Part shown: positions 27,072 to 36,951 of the stretch, in pieces
Layout of the letters: each line of letters starts with the position of its first letter
Numbering within the stretch: the stretch's first letter is position 1
Virus record (IMG/VR): IMGVR_UViG_3300050505_000421
Span: 90,579 to 137,073 of that record
From: a virus
DNA: 46,495 nucleotides
Strand: one strand, 5' to 3'
The notes under the pieces: generated by a model
Database searches by the model: none
Told to the model about the DNA's origin: nothing
What the model saw: only the letters and a program-made list of their open reading frames with translations
Program-made: the position numbers and the translations under genes

Positions 27072-27287
27072 CTAGTGATCGCCGCAACCGAAACACAGGT
27101 AGACCTTCTTTGTGTCGGTCCGACTGCGCGTATTATGAACCCACATCGCGCGTTCCTTACCGCATACGTCACACATCTTAGGCATGCCCGTCACGCTATG
27201 CAGTAGCTCACCGGTGAACGCGCCGACCTTGAGATCCACATCTTTGCGCTTGAGTAGGCGCGGCTTCGCTTCTTTACGCATGGTCAT
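27072..27287 (-). CDS. Small Zn-ribbon protein
   Basis: CDVC...CFGC. Confidence 0.5.
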   Translation of the reverse strand: MTMRKEAKPRLLKRKDVDLKVGAFTGELLHSVTGMPKMCDVCGKERAMWVHNTRSRTDTKKVYLCFGCGDH

Positions 27288-28353
27288 CCTTGCAAGGACC
27301 TGTTATCCCCAAACACATCTCCACGATCTCAATGCACAGTGCATCGAGTCGATTGCGGTCCGGGGCCTTGGGGAGAGGAGACGTGCGTTCTAGTTCGGCG
27401 AGTTCCTTGTCCTCCCGGTCGGCGTACTCTACCAGTTGCTCGTAGGTCCACGCACCGTTGCGGATAGACAAGAGCTCTGCCGCGTCCGGCCGGAAGACGT
27501 GGACCTCGCCAGTCGTCAGGATTTCGCGGCACATGCGCAGGAGACGGACGAGGTGCATGCCGTGTTTTGTGTCGAAGGCATACTTCCGCTCGAGCTCCGC
27601 CCGTGCCGGGTTGCGCGTGGTCAGCCAGTTCTGGTACTGCGTCCACTCTACTTGTGCTTGGTGGAAGCGCCGCTCCGCGTCGAGGTTTGCCATGAAGTGT
27701 TCGTCGAGACCGATAGCCTTCATGGCGGCATGCCGCTCGTTCAGATCGACGGTGGTCATCCAGGCGGCGACACGATCGCGGACGTAGATCTTGCCGGCGT
27801 CGTCGAGCGGAGCGAGGTCGAGGTTCCATTCGTCGATCGTCTTCTGTATTTGCGACTCGGCGAACTCTCGCACCTCCTTCGGTACGAGGACGCGCTCAGG
27901 CAAGCCGTAGGTGCTTCGTACAGGCGCAGCTTGCGGTGGGTTCTGCAACCAACGATGGTGGGTGCGGATGCGCTTCAGTTGCGAGAGTGCGTATCCGGAG
28001 AAGGTGTGCTTCGCCTTCCGCGAGAGGAAGAGGTCTCGATTATCAAGGAGCAAGTGCCCCGCGGCGGTCAGAATCCTGTAGTGGCTTCGAGGTTGCCACA
28101 ACACTTCGATGATGTTCGGGTTGCAATCAGCGGCCAGGCTGAAGAACTTCCGGATGTCGAAGATGACCGTGTCATCGGGGGACTTCATCTCCGCCTGTTC
28201 GAAGTGGTTCACGAAACCGTAGAAGTATGGCGCGGGCGGCACGGCAACACCTCTGTAGTCCCGGTCGGATGTTGGTAGTGCGGTGCCATAGGCGTGCGAC
28301 CCACCGTGGACGAGAAGGATCGTGTGCTTCGAAAGCCAGTCGAATACGTTCAT
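27274..28353 (-). CDS. Pol-beta-fold nucleotidyltransferase (Nuc-transf/RlaP-like family)
   Basis: GGSHAYGTALPTSDRDYRGV, KFFSLA..CNPNIIEVL, FSGYA..Q, FDTKHGMHLVRLLRM, LLSIRNG, LPKAPD. Confidence 0.88.
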   Translation of the reverse strand: MNVFDWLSKHTILLVHGGSHAYGTALPTSDRDYRGVAVPPAPYFYGFVNHFEQAEMKSPDDTVIFDIRKFFSLAADCNPNIIEVLWQPRSHYRILTAAGHLLLDNRDLFLSRKAKHTFSGYALSQLKRIRTHHRWLQNPPQAAPVRSTYGLPERVLVPKEVREFAESQIQKTIDEWNLDLAPLDDAGKIYVRDRVAAWMTTVDLNERHAAMKAIGLDEHFMANLDAERRFHQAQVEWTQYQNWLTTRNPARAELERKYAFDTKHGMHLVRLLRMCREILTTGEVHVFRPDAAELLSIRNGAWTYEQLVEYADREDKELAELERTSPLPKAPDRNRLDALCIEIVEMCLGITGPCKDDHA

Positions 28354-28790
28354 AGTTTTGCCGTGACTTTCAGCGGCTTGAGGACGGGCCGCCCGTTGAA
28401 CAAGAGCCAGGGCGAACGCCGGAGACCCTTCGGGACTTGGCTCCAATCGTACTGTTTGATGGTCTCAATGAGTTCCAGCGTGCAACTCCAACAGTAGTGC
28501 TTCATGAACGTCACACGTTCATAGACACGTATCTCAAGGTGCCCGAGCGCTTCGTGATATGGACCACCGCAAACGGCGCAGGGGATGGCTGGCGGCCACG
28601 AATTGGGCGCCGGGGACGGCGTAGTCGGTTGGCGGTGTTCATCGGGGGCTTCGCATTCCATTGCCTCGCAGGGCGCGCAGAGTCCGTAGTGATTGGGTGT
28701 ACGCCGGCAGGAGTGGTGCAGGCAAGTGCAGATGTCTGGCGTGTAGGAGCGAGAAGGGGTGGGTGTGTGCTTGGCCATCTGCTGTTTCAC
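28350..28790 (-). CDS. Cys-rich hypothetical protein
   Basis: Several CxC/CxxC motifs; start and stop overlap the neighbouring genes. Confidence 0.5.
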   Translation of the reverse strand: MKQQMAKHTPTPSRSYTPDICTCLHHSCRRTPNHYGLCAPCEAMECEAPDEHRQPTTPSPAPNSWPPAIPCAVCGGPYHEALGHLEIRVYERVTFMKHYCWSCTLELIETIKQYDWSQVPKGLRRSPWLLFNGRPVLKPLKVTAKL

Positions 28791-29194
28791 TTCACCAGGC
28801 GCAGGTGCCCCCGACTCGTTTTAGTGCCCTCGACTTCGTCCTTGTGTTCCAACTCTGCAGGTGTGTCTGCAGGCCAAACGGCTCCATGTTCGCCATCGAC
28901 TGCGATTGCCGCAAACACCGCGCCCCACGGAATGCGGCAACGAAAGGGCCGCCGCGCGAAGCTCAGCGTCGCCACCAGGAAGTCGTCGCCGATGTCCAAA
29001 TCGGGGATCTGGATCACCATGTCATACCCGATCTCCAAGATGAGATGGAAGTCACCGTGATACGCTGGCGGCACCTCGACTCCCGGGACTCGCGGGTCTA
29101 GGTGCATGTATACAGAGCCGCGCTCTAGTAGCGCGCGCACCACGGCGGACTTGTTGGTGTACGGCTCTTGTGCGTCGGTCATCGTGTTCTTCAC
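28787..29194 (-). CDS. sspB: SspB-like ClpXP adaptor (myxobacterial type)
   Basis: HLDPRVPGVEVP, ATLSF...F.C.IPWGAVFA, and the C-terminal ClpX-binding motif RGHLRLVK. Confidence 0.8.
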   Translation of the reverse strand: MKNTMTDAQEPYTNKSAVVRALLERGSVYMHLDPRVPGVEVPPAYHGDFHLILEIGYDMVIQIPDLDIGDDFLVATLSFARRPFRCRIPWGAVFAAIAVDGEHGAVWPADTPAELEHKDEVEGTKTSRGHLRLVK

Positions 29195-29397
29195 TCCTCA
29201 AGCCCAGACGTTGTGCGTGGATGAAAAGCACCGGACAGACTGCGGAAGGCGACGACTTGATCCGTGGATGTAACGCACGCGTCTTCGGCTTCTTTGCGTG
29301 TGGTAAACACCAAAGCTTCGCAGAGATCAACGCACCGTGTATTAGCAGGCCCAAGCCAACCGTCTCGGTTCCGAACTACATAGCCGTATTTCACCAC
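29191..29397 (-). CDS. Small hypothetical protein
   Basis: GAGGAG SD; part of the packed run. Confidence 0.45.
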   Translation of the reverse strand: MVKYGYVVRNRDGWLGPANTRCVDLCEALVFTTRKEAEDACVTSTDQVVAFRSLSGAFHPRTTSGLEE

Positions 29398-29606
29398 TCC
29401 TCGTCCCCGAAATCGAAGTACTCGTCAACTGCAGAGATGACGCCCGCGAAGATTTCTTCCTTGATCGCCTCTTCGTTTGGCGCATCTGTGTGCTTGTGCG
29501 CGCGCCGCCAGCCGAGGTTGACACCTTCTTCAACAGCGCGCCGCATAACCTCGTAGGTTCGGACACGTAGAACGGGCCCGGAGACCTTCTTCTTGGGAGA
29601 TCGCAT
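29391..29606 (-). CDS. Small phage hypothetical protein
   Basis: YEVMRRAVEEGV..GWRRAHKHTDAP...EYFDF. Confidence 0.6.
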   Translation of the reverse strand: MRSPKKKVSGPVLRVRTYEVMRRAVEEGVNLGWRRAHKHTDAPNEEAIKEEIFAGVISAVDEYFDFGDEEW

Positions 29607-29607
29607 G

Positions 29608-29820
29608 TCAACTCTCGACTTTCAATCCGGCCTTGCGCCAGCAGGGCTTGCAGTCCTGTCCCTTCTTGTAGACTTCATCGCCATCCACGAGCGAACACCG
29701 GTTAGGATCAACACCAAGCATCATGGCGCCACCACAAAGCGACCTGTTGTCCTCGCCGAAGACATGGAAGACGCGCCCGAAACCCGGATGCGTGATGTAC
29801 AATTTCTTGGCTGTTTCCAT
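29608..29820 (-). CDS. Small Zn-binding hypothetical protein
   Basis: GGAGG SD; H...SLCG...CKPC. Confidence 0.6.
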   Translation of the reverse strand: METAKKLYITHPGFGRVFHVFGEDNRSLCGGAMMLGVDPNRCSLVDGDEVYKKGQDCKPCWRKAGLKVES

Positions 29821-29829
29821 TGAAGCCTC

Positions 29830-31824
29830 CTAGTCCAACTGCACGAGCTTTGTAGTAACTGGCGGCAAGGCCTTCCGCTCCTCTTCAGGAAGAGCCTTCT
29901 GCGAAGGTAGGCCTACGATCTCGACGCCCATCTCGATCAAGAACGGCGATGGCAGCGCGGCCTTGCCGTAGAGTGTCGTCTTCGGACAGCCGAAGGTGCA
30001 ACTGTTCTTTGCGCGCGTCAGCGCAACAAACATGACCCTGCGCTCTTCGTCTGTGTTCTGCGCCTTCGCGTGCGGCATGATCCCAGTCACGGCACCAGCT
30101 ACGTAAACGTGTTCGTTCTCAAGTCCTTTCGCCTTCCAAATTGACATGAGGCTGACCACGTCCGGCTGGTTACCACCCGCAGCCCGCGCCGCTTCGAGCG
30201 CACGCTCCGTGGCATCCACGTACGCGAGCAACTGGGACACGTTCGGGAAGGCCTTCGCGACACGCAGGAGCTCCATGACGTTCGCAACACGGTCGGACTC
30301 CGCGTCGTCGTCGACGTCGTCCCGCTCCAACCACTTGGTGTACTGTGTGCGATCGAGAAGCTTCTCCAAAACATCGCCGGCGGGCTTGTTCGCGACGACC
30401 AGCGCATTCAACTCGCGCACTAGGGTGAGCAGTTCCTTCAACGAGTTGTTCACCGCTGGGCGCCCGCGGTACAAAGCACACGCATCAAGGAACGAGATCT
30501 TCTCGGTCTCGGCGAAGGTTTCAATCTCGTTGACGGTCACCTTCCCGATATAGCGGAACGGCACGTTCACGATGCGCTTGGCGTGTGTACCGCGCGGGTC
30601 CTGCAAGGCGACGACACGCAGGTACGCAAGCATGTCCTTGATCTCTCGACGTCCGTAGAAACCCGTGCCAGACAGCAGGCGGTACGGGATGCCGGCGCGC
30701 ACGAGTTCCGATTCGATCGGCTGCGCAATCGCGTTGAGGCGGAAGAGCACGTAGAAGTCGCCGGGCCGCGCGCCGTCCTGCAGACGGGCCTTGATATCCT
30801 GCACGAGGCCGTGCGCTTCGTCTTCCGGATCTTCGTAGATGTGGGCGCGCACGTAACCAGGCCCTGGTTGCACCGGCACGATGTCGCCGGACAGATTCCA
30901 AGCCTTGCCACGCACTAAGGTTGAGGCAGGCTCGGTGATTTCTTTCGGGGAGCGGTAGTTGATCGGCAGTCGGTACAACTTACAGCCCTCGTGCTTCGAG
31001 AAGTCGAGGAACTCGGATGGAGCCGCGCCTCTGAAGCTGTAGAGTGACTGGCAAAGGTCTCCCACTATCATGAGGTTGTTGGTATTCGACATCAGCGTTT
31101 CCACGACGCGATACTGCACCGTGCTTGTGTCCTGGGCCTCGTCGACGATGGCGTAGTCGAAGCGCCCAGTCCAGTTCTCCTTGGCACCTTCCACCTCACA
31201 GAAGGTCCGCCACGCACCAAGCAGCATGTCATCGAAGCTGAGGAGTCGGCTCTCCTCGCGCTTCTCCTCAAAGAGGCGGTACACACGAATCAACGGCTGC
31301 GCGATGTTGCCGCAACCGATTCGATCCGCGACGGCCTCGAGCCCCCGAATGATTTCTCGGTCGTGTCCCTCCGGCGCCCACAGGCCCGCGGCCTTCGCGA
31401 AGGCGATGAAGATGACGGCTTCCTTGAAGTTGACGACGTTGCGGAACTTGTCCCCGACGATGCGCTTCAGTGCGTAGCGCAACGTGTCCTTCCCATCCAC
31501 CTCGAAGCCGGCACAGAAGCGCTGCCCGTCCTCGCGGAGGATCTCGTAGCAGAGAGAGTGAAGTGTCCCCATACGGAGCTCCGTGGGAGCGCCGAGCTTC
31601 TCGAGACGCGTACCGATCTCCTTCGCAGCGAAGCGGGAGAAGGTCGTGGCCAGAAGACGTTCCGGCGGAGTTCCATTCCGGATGAGATTCCACGCACGTA
31701 ATGTAAGTGTTGTAGTTTTTCCACTTCCGGCCGTGGCGCTTACAACTGCCCGACCTTCGCCGTGGTTCACAGCCGCTTGCTGCTCCGGGTTCAAGCGAGC
31801 GTAGGCTGCTTCGAAGTTGTCCAT
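29830..31824 (-). CDS. UvrD/PcrA-like SF1 helicase
   Basis: LNPEQQAAV, ATAGSGKTT, TLHSLC, VDEAQD, VGDLCQSLYSFRGA, NYRS, KAKGLE, EERRVMFVALTRAK. Confidence 0.95.
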   Translation of the reverse strand: MDNFEAAYARLNPEQQAAVNHGEGRAVVSATAGSGKTTTLTLRAWNLIRNGTPPERLLATTFSRFAAKEIGTRLEKLGAPTELRMGTLHSLCYEILREDGQRFCAGFEVDGKDTLRYALKRIVGDKFRNVVNFKEAVIFIAFAKAAGLWAPEGHDREIIRGLEAVADRIGCGNIAQPLIRVYRLFEEKREESRLLSFDDMLLGAWRTFCEVEGAKENWTGRFDYAIVDEAQDTSTVQYRVVETLMSNTNNLMIVGDLCQSLYSFRGAAPSEFLDFSKHEGCKLYRLPINYRSPKEITEPASTLVRGKAWNLSGDIVPVQPGPGYVRAHIYEDPEDEAHGLVQDIKARLQDGARPGDFYVLFRLNAIAQPIESELVRAGIPYRLLSGTGFYGRREIKDMLAYLRVVALQDPRGTHAKRIVNVPFRYIGKVTVNEIETFAETEKISFLDACALYRGRPAVNNSLKELLTLVRELNALVVANKPAGDVLEKLLDRTQYTKWLERDDVDDDAESDRVANVMELLRVAKAFPNVSQLLAYVDATERALEAARAAGGNQPDVVSLMSIWKAKGLENEHVYVAGAVTGIMPHAKAQNTDEERRVMFVALTRAKNSCTFGCPKTTLYGKAALPSPFLIEMGVEIVGLPSQKALPEEERKALPPVTTKLVQLD

Positions 31825-31884
31825 TCTTTTCCCTTGTGCTTGCCCTCGACCCCACGCCGAGGATGCTGTTCTAACCGATGCGAG

Positions 31885-33513
31885 TTACTTGGACAAGAGC
31901 CCTACGACAAACAGGAACACGAAGAAGGCCGTCGGCACGGCGAGCATCCACGCGAATTGACGACCCGCACGTCCCGTCATCTGCCGGTGCCGTCCCTTTT
32001 GCAGGCGCTTCGTGTTGAAGCAGGGCTCACCCAGCTTCCAGGGATCCCAAGTGCTTAGCGCCACGCCGTCACGGTCACGCAGTTCCGCGAGGAGTTCGTC
32101 CTCCTCCTCCCAGTCTTCGTGCGTGATCAGTTCGAAGTTCGTCAGGAACTCGTGGCCTTCGATCAGAAGGCCGGCGGCTTGGTAGACGTGGGCTCGCTCG
32201 GTCGCGTGTCGCCGGAGCCAGGCGTGCCCGTCGTCCGCGAAGTCGTGCAAGACGAACGTCAGTTTCCCGGCCGGCTTACGAACGGCCCGGCCAAGACGCT
32301 GAACGGCCTGGATGGTGGACTTGCCCCCACCCGCAACCACGACGGTTCGGAGCTCGGGGACGTCGACGCCTTCGTCGAAGACCGAAGTGGCGACGAGGCA
32401 CTTCAAGTGCCCGTGGTTCAACAAGGCGATGCGGCGATCTCGTAGCGCTACGGGGTCGGAGCCTTCCACAAAGTCGGTCGGGACACCCGCTTCGTTCAGC
32501 GCTTGCTTGAGCGTTAGCCCGTGCGCTGTCTCAACCACAAGGACGAAGGCCGGTGCCTCCGCCTTTTGAATAAGCTGCACGATCAATTCGTTCCGGGCCT
32601 CGTCGGTGACGAGGGCGGCCTGCCGCACGTCCTGCCAAGCGCGCAGGTTCTCGATGTTTCGCTCCGACCGGTACGGGTGGAAGACGGCCTTGCCCGTCGC
32701 CAGCGTGCCGTCCTGCTGCAGTTCGCGCAGTGTCTTCTGGAAGAGAACCGGACCGAGCAGACCGATGGTCAGCGGATCGAAGCCGTCCTCTCGATCGAGA
32801 GGTGTAGCCGAGAGCCCGATGCGCCAGATGGCTTGGTTAGCTCGAAGGATCACCGCTGTGTACTCTTCGCCGGCTGCGCGATGGCACTCATCTACGATCA
32901 ACCCTTCGGTCTGCAAGAACACGTCAGGCCGGTTGACGAGGGACTGATAGGTAGCGATGAGGACTTCATGACCGCGCGGCGGGCGGTCCTCCTCTCGGAG
33001 GGAGTAGGCCGGCACACCCAACTCACGGAAGGAGCGAAGGGTCTGCGTGACCAGGGAGCCGCGATGCACGAGGTAGAGCCAGCGGTGTCCAACGTGCTGG
33101 ATGATGGCGGCGGCCGTGCGTGTCTTCCCGGCGCCGGTACCCATGTCCAAGATACCGCGCATCTCTTTGACCGCGAGTTGCTTGGCCTCCTCCTGGTAGT
33201 TCCGCAAGGAGGGCTCTGCATGACGCTCGAGGTCGGGTGGAGCGGATTCGACCAGCGAGAATGAAAACCGGCCAGTCAGTCTCTTCTTCAAGAGCGGTAG
33301 GTAGCCGCTCAGGAAGATGCACTTCTCAGCATCCGGGCGGGTGATGCCAGCCGTGTTGAGCCGCGCCTGCAGTCGGTCCGTTCGCAGGCCTGCGCGCAGC
33401 GTGTGCAGTTCCTCGTCGAAGAGGCGCGCCTCCAAGAAGGCGTCGGGATCGTTGAAGCCGAACGTCTCTTCGATTGTGGTAGTGACCGGACCGACACGTA
33501 CTTTCAGACTCAT
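31885..33513 (-). CDS. SF2 DExH helicase (UvsW/D10-like) with C-terminal hydrophobic segment
   Basis: LRNYQEEA, GTGAGKT, VDECH, GLSATP, FDEGVDVP, QRLGRAVR. Ends AWMLAVPTAFFVFLFVVGLLSK. Confidence 0.9.
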   Translation of the reverse strand: MSLKVRVGPVTTTIEETFGFNDPDAFLEARLFDEELHTLRAGLRTDRLQARLNTAGITRPDAEKCIFLSGYLPLLKKRLTGRFSFSLVESAPPDLERHAEPSLRNYQEEAKQLAVKEMRGILDMGTGAGKTRTAAAIIQHVGHRWLYLVHRGSLVTQTLRSFRELGVPAYSLREEDRPPRGHEVLIATYQSLVNRPDVFLQTEGLIVDECHRAAGEEYTAVILRANQAIWRIGLSATPLDREDGFDPLTIGLLGPVLFQKTLRELQQDGTLATGKAVFHPYRSERNIENLRAWQDVRQAALVTDEARNELIVQLIQKAEAPAFVLVVETAHGLTLKQALNEAGVPTDFVEGSDPVALRDRRIALLNHGHLKCLVATSVFDEGVDVPELRTVVVAGGGKSTIQAVQRLGRAVRKPAGKLTFVLHDFADDGHAWLRRHATERAHVYQAAGLLIEGHEFLTNFELITHEDWEEEDELLAELRDRDGVALSTWDPWKLGEPCFNTKRLQKGRHRQMTGRAGRQFAWMLAVPTAFFVFLFVVGLLSK

Positions 33514-33541
33514 TGGCTTGTGGTGTCTCCTACTGTAGAAT
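33513..33541 (+). promoter_or_regulatory. Promoter for the terminase genes; probable leaderless mRNA
   Basis: TTGGCT-17 bp-TAGAAT, with ATG at 33549 and no SD. Confidence 0.5.
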
Positions 33542-33548
33542 GGTTACA

Positions 33549-34313
33549 ATGAGCGCGGTGAACGACGACACGGAAATTATCAAGCCCGAGGACGTGCAGG
33601 TCGGGCGTGGCCGATACCCACGAATTGACGGGGAAAAGTGGGCCAAGATGTTGCAGGCCTACAGCCAGAAACCAACCAAGGCCAACGTGATGTTGATCGC
33701 CGATGTTGGTGAGAAGCTGGCCGACCGCGCCATCCATCGCGGCTGGCCCGAGCTCGGCCTGCTTCCCTTCAAGGAGATTGTTCAAGACCAGCAAGCCATC
33801 TACTCGGCGATGGGTGCGTACCGCAAGCGGAGCCTAGCCGCAAGTCTCGCTCGCGTGGAGGGCACACGGCAGATGGCGCAGGAGGGCTTGGCGATCGAGA
33901 CCGCCTTGGTCAACGCGACACGCGCCGGCGAGCTTCTCGAGCGCGTCCTCGATCAGGTCTTGCAAGGCGTGTCCGCCGGCAAGATCAAGATCCCGGAGAT
34001 TCTCGACGAGAAGTACCTCATGGCCTTGGCCCGCAGTGCGCAGTCTGTCTCGGCCGCCGTCGAGAAGGCCATTGCTTCGCGGAAGCTGCACGGCTTGAAG
34101 CCGCAGGACCCGGTCGGCAAAGAGATCACCGAGCTCCTCTCGCGTTGTACACCGGAGGAGCTTGAGGAGGTACGAACCACGGGTACTATGCCGCGACGTT
34201 TGCTTGGCGCTGTTGGCAGTTCTGCTCGAGACCACGAGTTCGAAGATGACGGTCCTCTTCCCGAAAGCCTTGAGGGCTCGACGTCCGACCCGATGTCGAA
34301 CAGCACGAAGTAG
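33549..34313 (+). CDS. Putative terminase small subunit
   Basis: Directly upstream of terL; helical with a possible N-terminal HTH. Positional inference only. Confidence 0.5.
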   Translation: MSAVNDDTEIIKPEDVQVGRGRYPRIDGEKWAKMLQAYSQKPTKANVMLIADVGEKLADRAIHRGWPELGLLPFKEIVQDQQAIYSAMGAYRKRSLAASLARVEGTRQMAQEGLAIETALVNATRAGELLERVLDQVLQGVSAGKIKIPEILDEKYLMALARSAQSVSAAVEKAIASRKLHGLKPQDPVGKEITELLSRCTPEELEEVRTTGTMPRRLLGAVGSSARDHEFEDDGPLPESLEGSTSDPMSNSTK

Positions 34314-34317
34314 GTAA

Positions 34318-36951
34318 ATGGTACAGGACGATCGAAGAGCGTCGCTCGCCGCGCAGTCTGCGGCGCAGCTTGCCTTGCGAGCCGATACAGCGCGCAAAGA
34401 CCCCGCCGCCTTTCTCGAGTTCGCCTACCGCACGCCGGACGGCGACCCGATCACACTCGCCTGGTTCCATCGCGAGTGGATTCATCTTGCGCGGAAGAAG
34501 CGGCGGTTCTTGGTGAAGGCGATGAAGGGCGGAGGGAAGTCCAGCCTCCTCATGGGTCTCTCCCTCTGGGAGATCGGCACCAATCCCAACGTTCGAATCA
34601 AGATTGCTTGTGCGACAGACGCACAAGCACGCAAGCGTGTCTACGAGATCCTCGAAAACATCCGGCGCAATCCACTTGTGAAGCTCGTATTCCCCGATTT
34701 GAAATTGAGTGTATCGGGCGAAAAGAATAAACTACGCTTCACGGTCGAGCGCTCCGGTAACTTTAAAGACGCAACTGTTGAAGCGGCTGGGGTACTCACT
34801 TCAGTTAGCGGCGACCGCGCAGACCTCGTAATTGCTGACGATATCTGCGTGACTCCGGATTCTGAAGTCGTAACTGAAACCGGTGTCCGTCTCGCAGAGG
34901 AAGTCCAACCCGGGGACTTTGTCCTCGCCGGCGATGGCCGCCTTCATCGTGTAGTCAAGAAAAGCGTTCGTGCCTATGAAGGCTTTGTCTATCGTCCGCG
35001 GCAAGGGAATTCTGGAGGCAAGTGCTCTCGCGGCTTTGTTGTGTGGGGCACACCAGAGCACCGGATACAAACTGACACGGTCGACGGCTGGACAGCGCTG
35101 CAAAATCTTCAACCGGGCACAACGCTGGTCACCCGAACACCGGAAGAAGAGTGGCCTCTTTCCCGTGTCATCGAGAGTCTTCGTTCTTTGCGTATCTACG
35201 AGCCCGTTCAAGGGCACGGCGGTATGTCTCGTCTGGTAACCACCACAGAACTGGAGCAGTTACTCGGCGACCCGGATGTGTGGCGTTTGATTGGCTACTA
35301 CCTAGCCGAAGGTTGGATTGCTAAGCCAACTGCCTACGCGAAGGCCATCGAATTCGTTTTCAACGTTAAAGGCACCGACTGTGCATGGGTCGAAGATCTG
35401 CAGGCCATCGCAGCCAAGCTGGATCGCAAATGTTCTGTGTCACCTCGGCCGAGCGCCGTTTCCATAAAGTTTACACACTCTGTACTGTGGCAAATTCTGA
35501 ATGAGTTTGGCCGCGGTTCATCCCGTAAACACCTACCAAACTGGGCTCTCTGGGCCCCCCGAAATCTGACATGGCAATTGATGCTCGGCTATTTTCGCGG
35601 TGACGGTACACGCACGCCGGGTCGTGAAACCGTGGCTAAGTCAACCTCACTCGCGTTGCTTCAATGTTTGTATGTTCTATTGGCACGCGAAGGATTCGCG
35701 CCTTCGATTCGCGACGCGGAAAAGGGTGGCCCCAAAGAGATACTCGGACGAATGTCCAACACTAAATGTAGTTGGTCGATTCGCATCGCCGGAACGCCGT
35801 TTGGCCACATCGGGAACACCGTTGACGCACCGGCGCTTAAACGTGATGGTTCGTGGTCCACGTTGAATACAACGCAAGAAGGAAAACAGCGAATCAAGGT
35901 CGCCCGTGTGGACCAGAAGCACTACGTCGGGGCCGTGATCAATTTCGAAGTAGAGGACGTACACAGTTACTCGCACGGCTTCGCTGTCTCGCACAACTGC
36001 GACTATCGTAATACGGTGTTTTACCCAGCGATGCGCGAGGTGATTAAACAAAAATTCACCGGCGAGTGGTTGGGCTGCCTCGAGCCCGGCGGGCGGGTTT
36101 GGTATATCGCGAACCCGATGCACAAAGCGGACACAACGTCGTATCTATCACAAACAGCCGGCTGGACGCAGCACGAGGTCTTCTGCGGCAAGGACGACGA
36201 TCCCTACGCACCTGTTTGGCCGGAGCGCCAACCGCGCGACTTCTTGATCCAGAAGGCGGCAGAGCTCGGCCAGACAGAATACAACCGGGCCTATCGCGGC
36301 ATCACGCTCGACAGCGACCTCGCGACCATCAAGCCGGAATGGATTCACTTCTACGACGCCGAGATGCTCGGCAACCCAGACCAACTCATCTGCGTACAAG
36401 CGTACGACTTGGCCATCGCACAGAAGAAGAAGAGCGACTTCTTCGCCGGCGTCACGCTTCTCTACAGCCAGAAGCAGCACCGTATCTTCGTGGCCGATGC
36501 CTTCCGTGACAAGCTCAGTTTCAGCGAACAGGCGATGCGAATCGTCGAGAACGCACAGCGCTGGCGAGCAGAGCAGATCGGCATCGAGACCGTCGGTTAC
36601 CAGGATGCACTTGCGCAGTACCTGACCGAACGCACCGTCGTGCCGCTGCCGATCATTCCATTGCCCGCACGGACCAGTAAGGAGCGCCGGCTAGCCGAAG
36701 TCTCCCCACTCTTCGAGGAAGGGCGCATCTACTTCAATCCACGACTCGACGCCGTGCGGAACCCACGCGTCAGCGAGCGCGGCGATCTACTTCAAGAACT
36801 TCTGGACTTCCCCCTGGGAGTTCATGATGATCAAGTTGACGCACTTGTTCATGCAATTTCATTACTGCGTTACTACAAGCGCGACCCGGAAGACGGTGAG
36901 TTCCTCGAGGGCGAAGGCATGCGGACACGTGTTTCGTTCATTGCCGTGTGA
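34318..36951 (+). CDS. terL: Terminase large subunit containing an intein
   Basis: KGGGKSS Walker A, GDRADLVIADDI Walker B, NPMHKADT, YDLA....KSDF nuclease motif, ETVGYQ, K..R, FP.G.HDDQVDA. Confidence 0.92.
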   Translation: MVQDDRRASLAAQSAAQLALRADTARKDPAAFLEFAYRTPDGDPITLAWFHREWIHLARKKRRFLVKAMKGGGKSSLLMGLSLWEIGTNPNVRIKIACATDAQARKRVYEILENIRRNPLVKLVFPDLKLSVSGEKNKLRFTVERSGNFKDATVEAAGVLTSVSGDRADLVIADDICVTPDSEVVTETGVRLAEEVQPGDFVLAGDGRLHRVVKKSVRAYEGFVYRPRQGNSGGKCSRGFVVWGTPEHRIQTDTVDGWTALQNLQPGTTLVTRTPEEEWPLSRVIESLRSLRIYEPVQGHGGMSRLVTTTELEQLLGDPDVWRLIGYYLAEGWIAKPTAYAKAIEFVFNVKGTDCAWVEDLQAIAAKLDRKCSVSPRPSAVSIKFTHSVLWQILNEFGRGSSRKHLPNWALWAPRNLTWQLMLGYFRGDGTRTPGRETVAKSTSLALLQCLYVLLAREGFAPSIRDAEKGGPKEILGRMSNTKCSWSIRIAGTPFGHIGNTVDAPALKRDGSWSTLNTTQEGKQRIKVARVDQKHYVGAVINFEVEDVHSYSHGFAVSHNCDYRNTVFYPAMREVIKQKFTGEWLGCLEPGGRVWYIANPMHKADTTSYLSQTAGWTQHEVFCGKDDDPYAPVWPERQPRDFLIQKAAELGQTEYNRAYRGITLDSDLATIKPEWIHFYDAEMLGNPDQLICVQAYDLAIAQKKKSDFFAGVTLLYSQKQHRIFVADAFRDKLSFSEQAMRIVENAQRWRAEQIGIETVGYQDALAQYLTERTVVPLPIIPLPARTSKERRLAEVSPLFEEGRIYFNPRLDAVRNPRVSERGDLLQELLDFPLGVHDDQVDALVHAISLLRYYKRDPEDGEFLEGEGMRTRVSFIAV
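34846..35997 (+). mobile_element. Intein with LAGLIDADG homing endonuclease (384 aa)
   Basis: CVTPDSEV start, GTPEHRI block B, LIGYYLAEG and LGYFRGDG, ends FEVEDVHSY..GFAVSHN followed by Cys. Confidence 0.93.
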
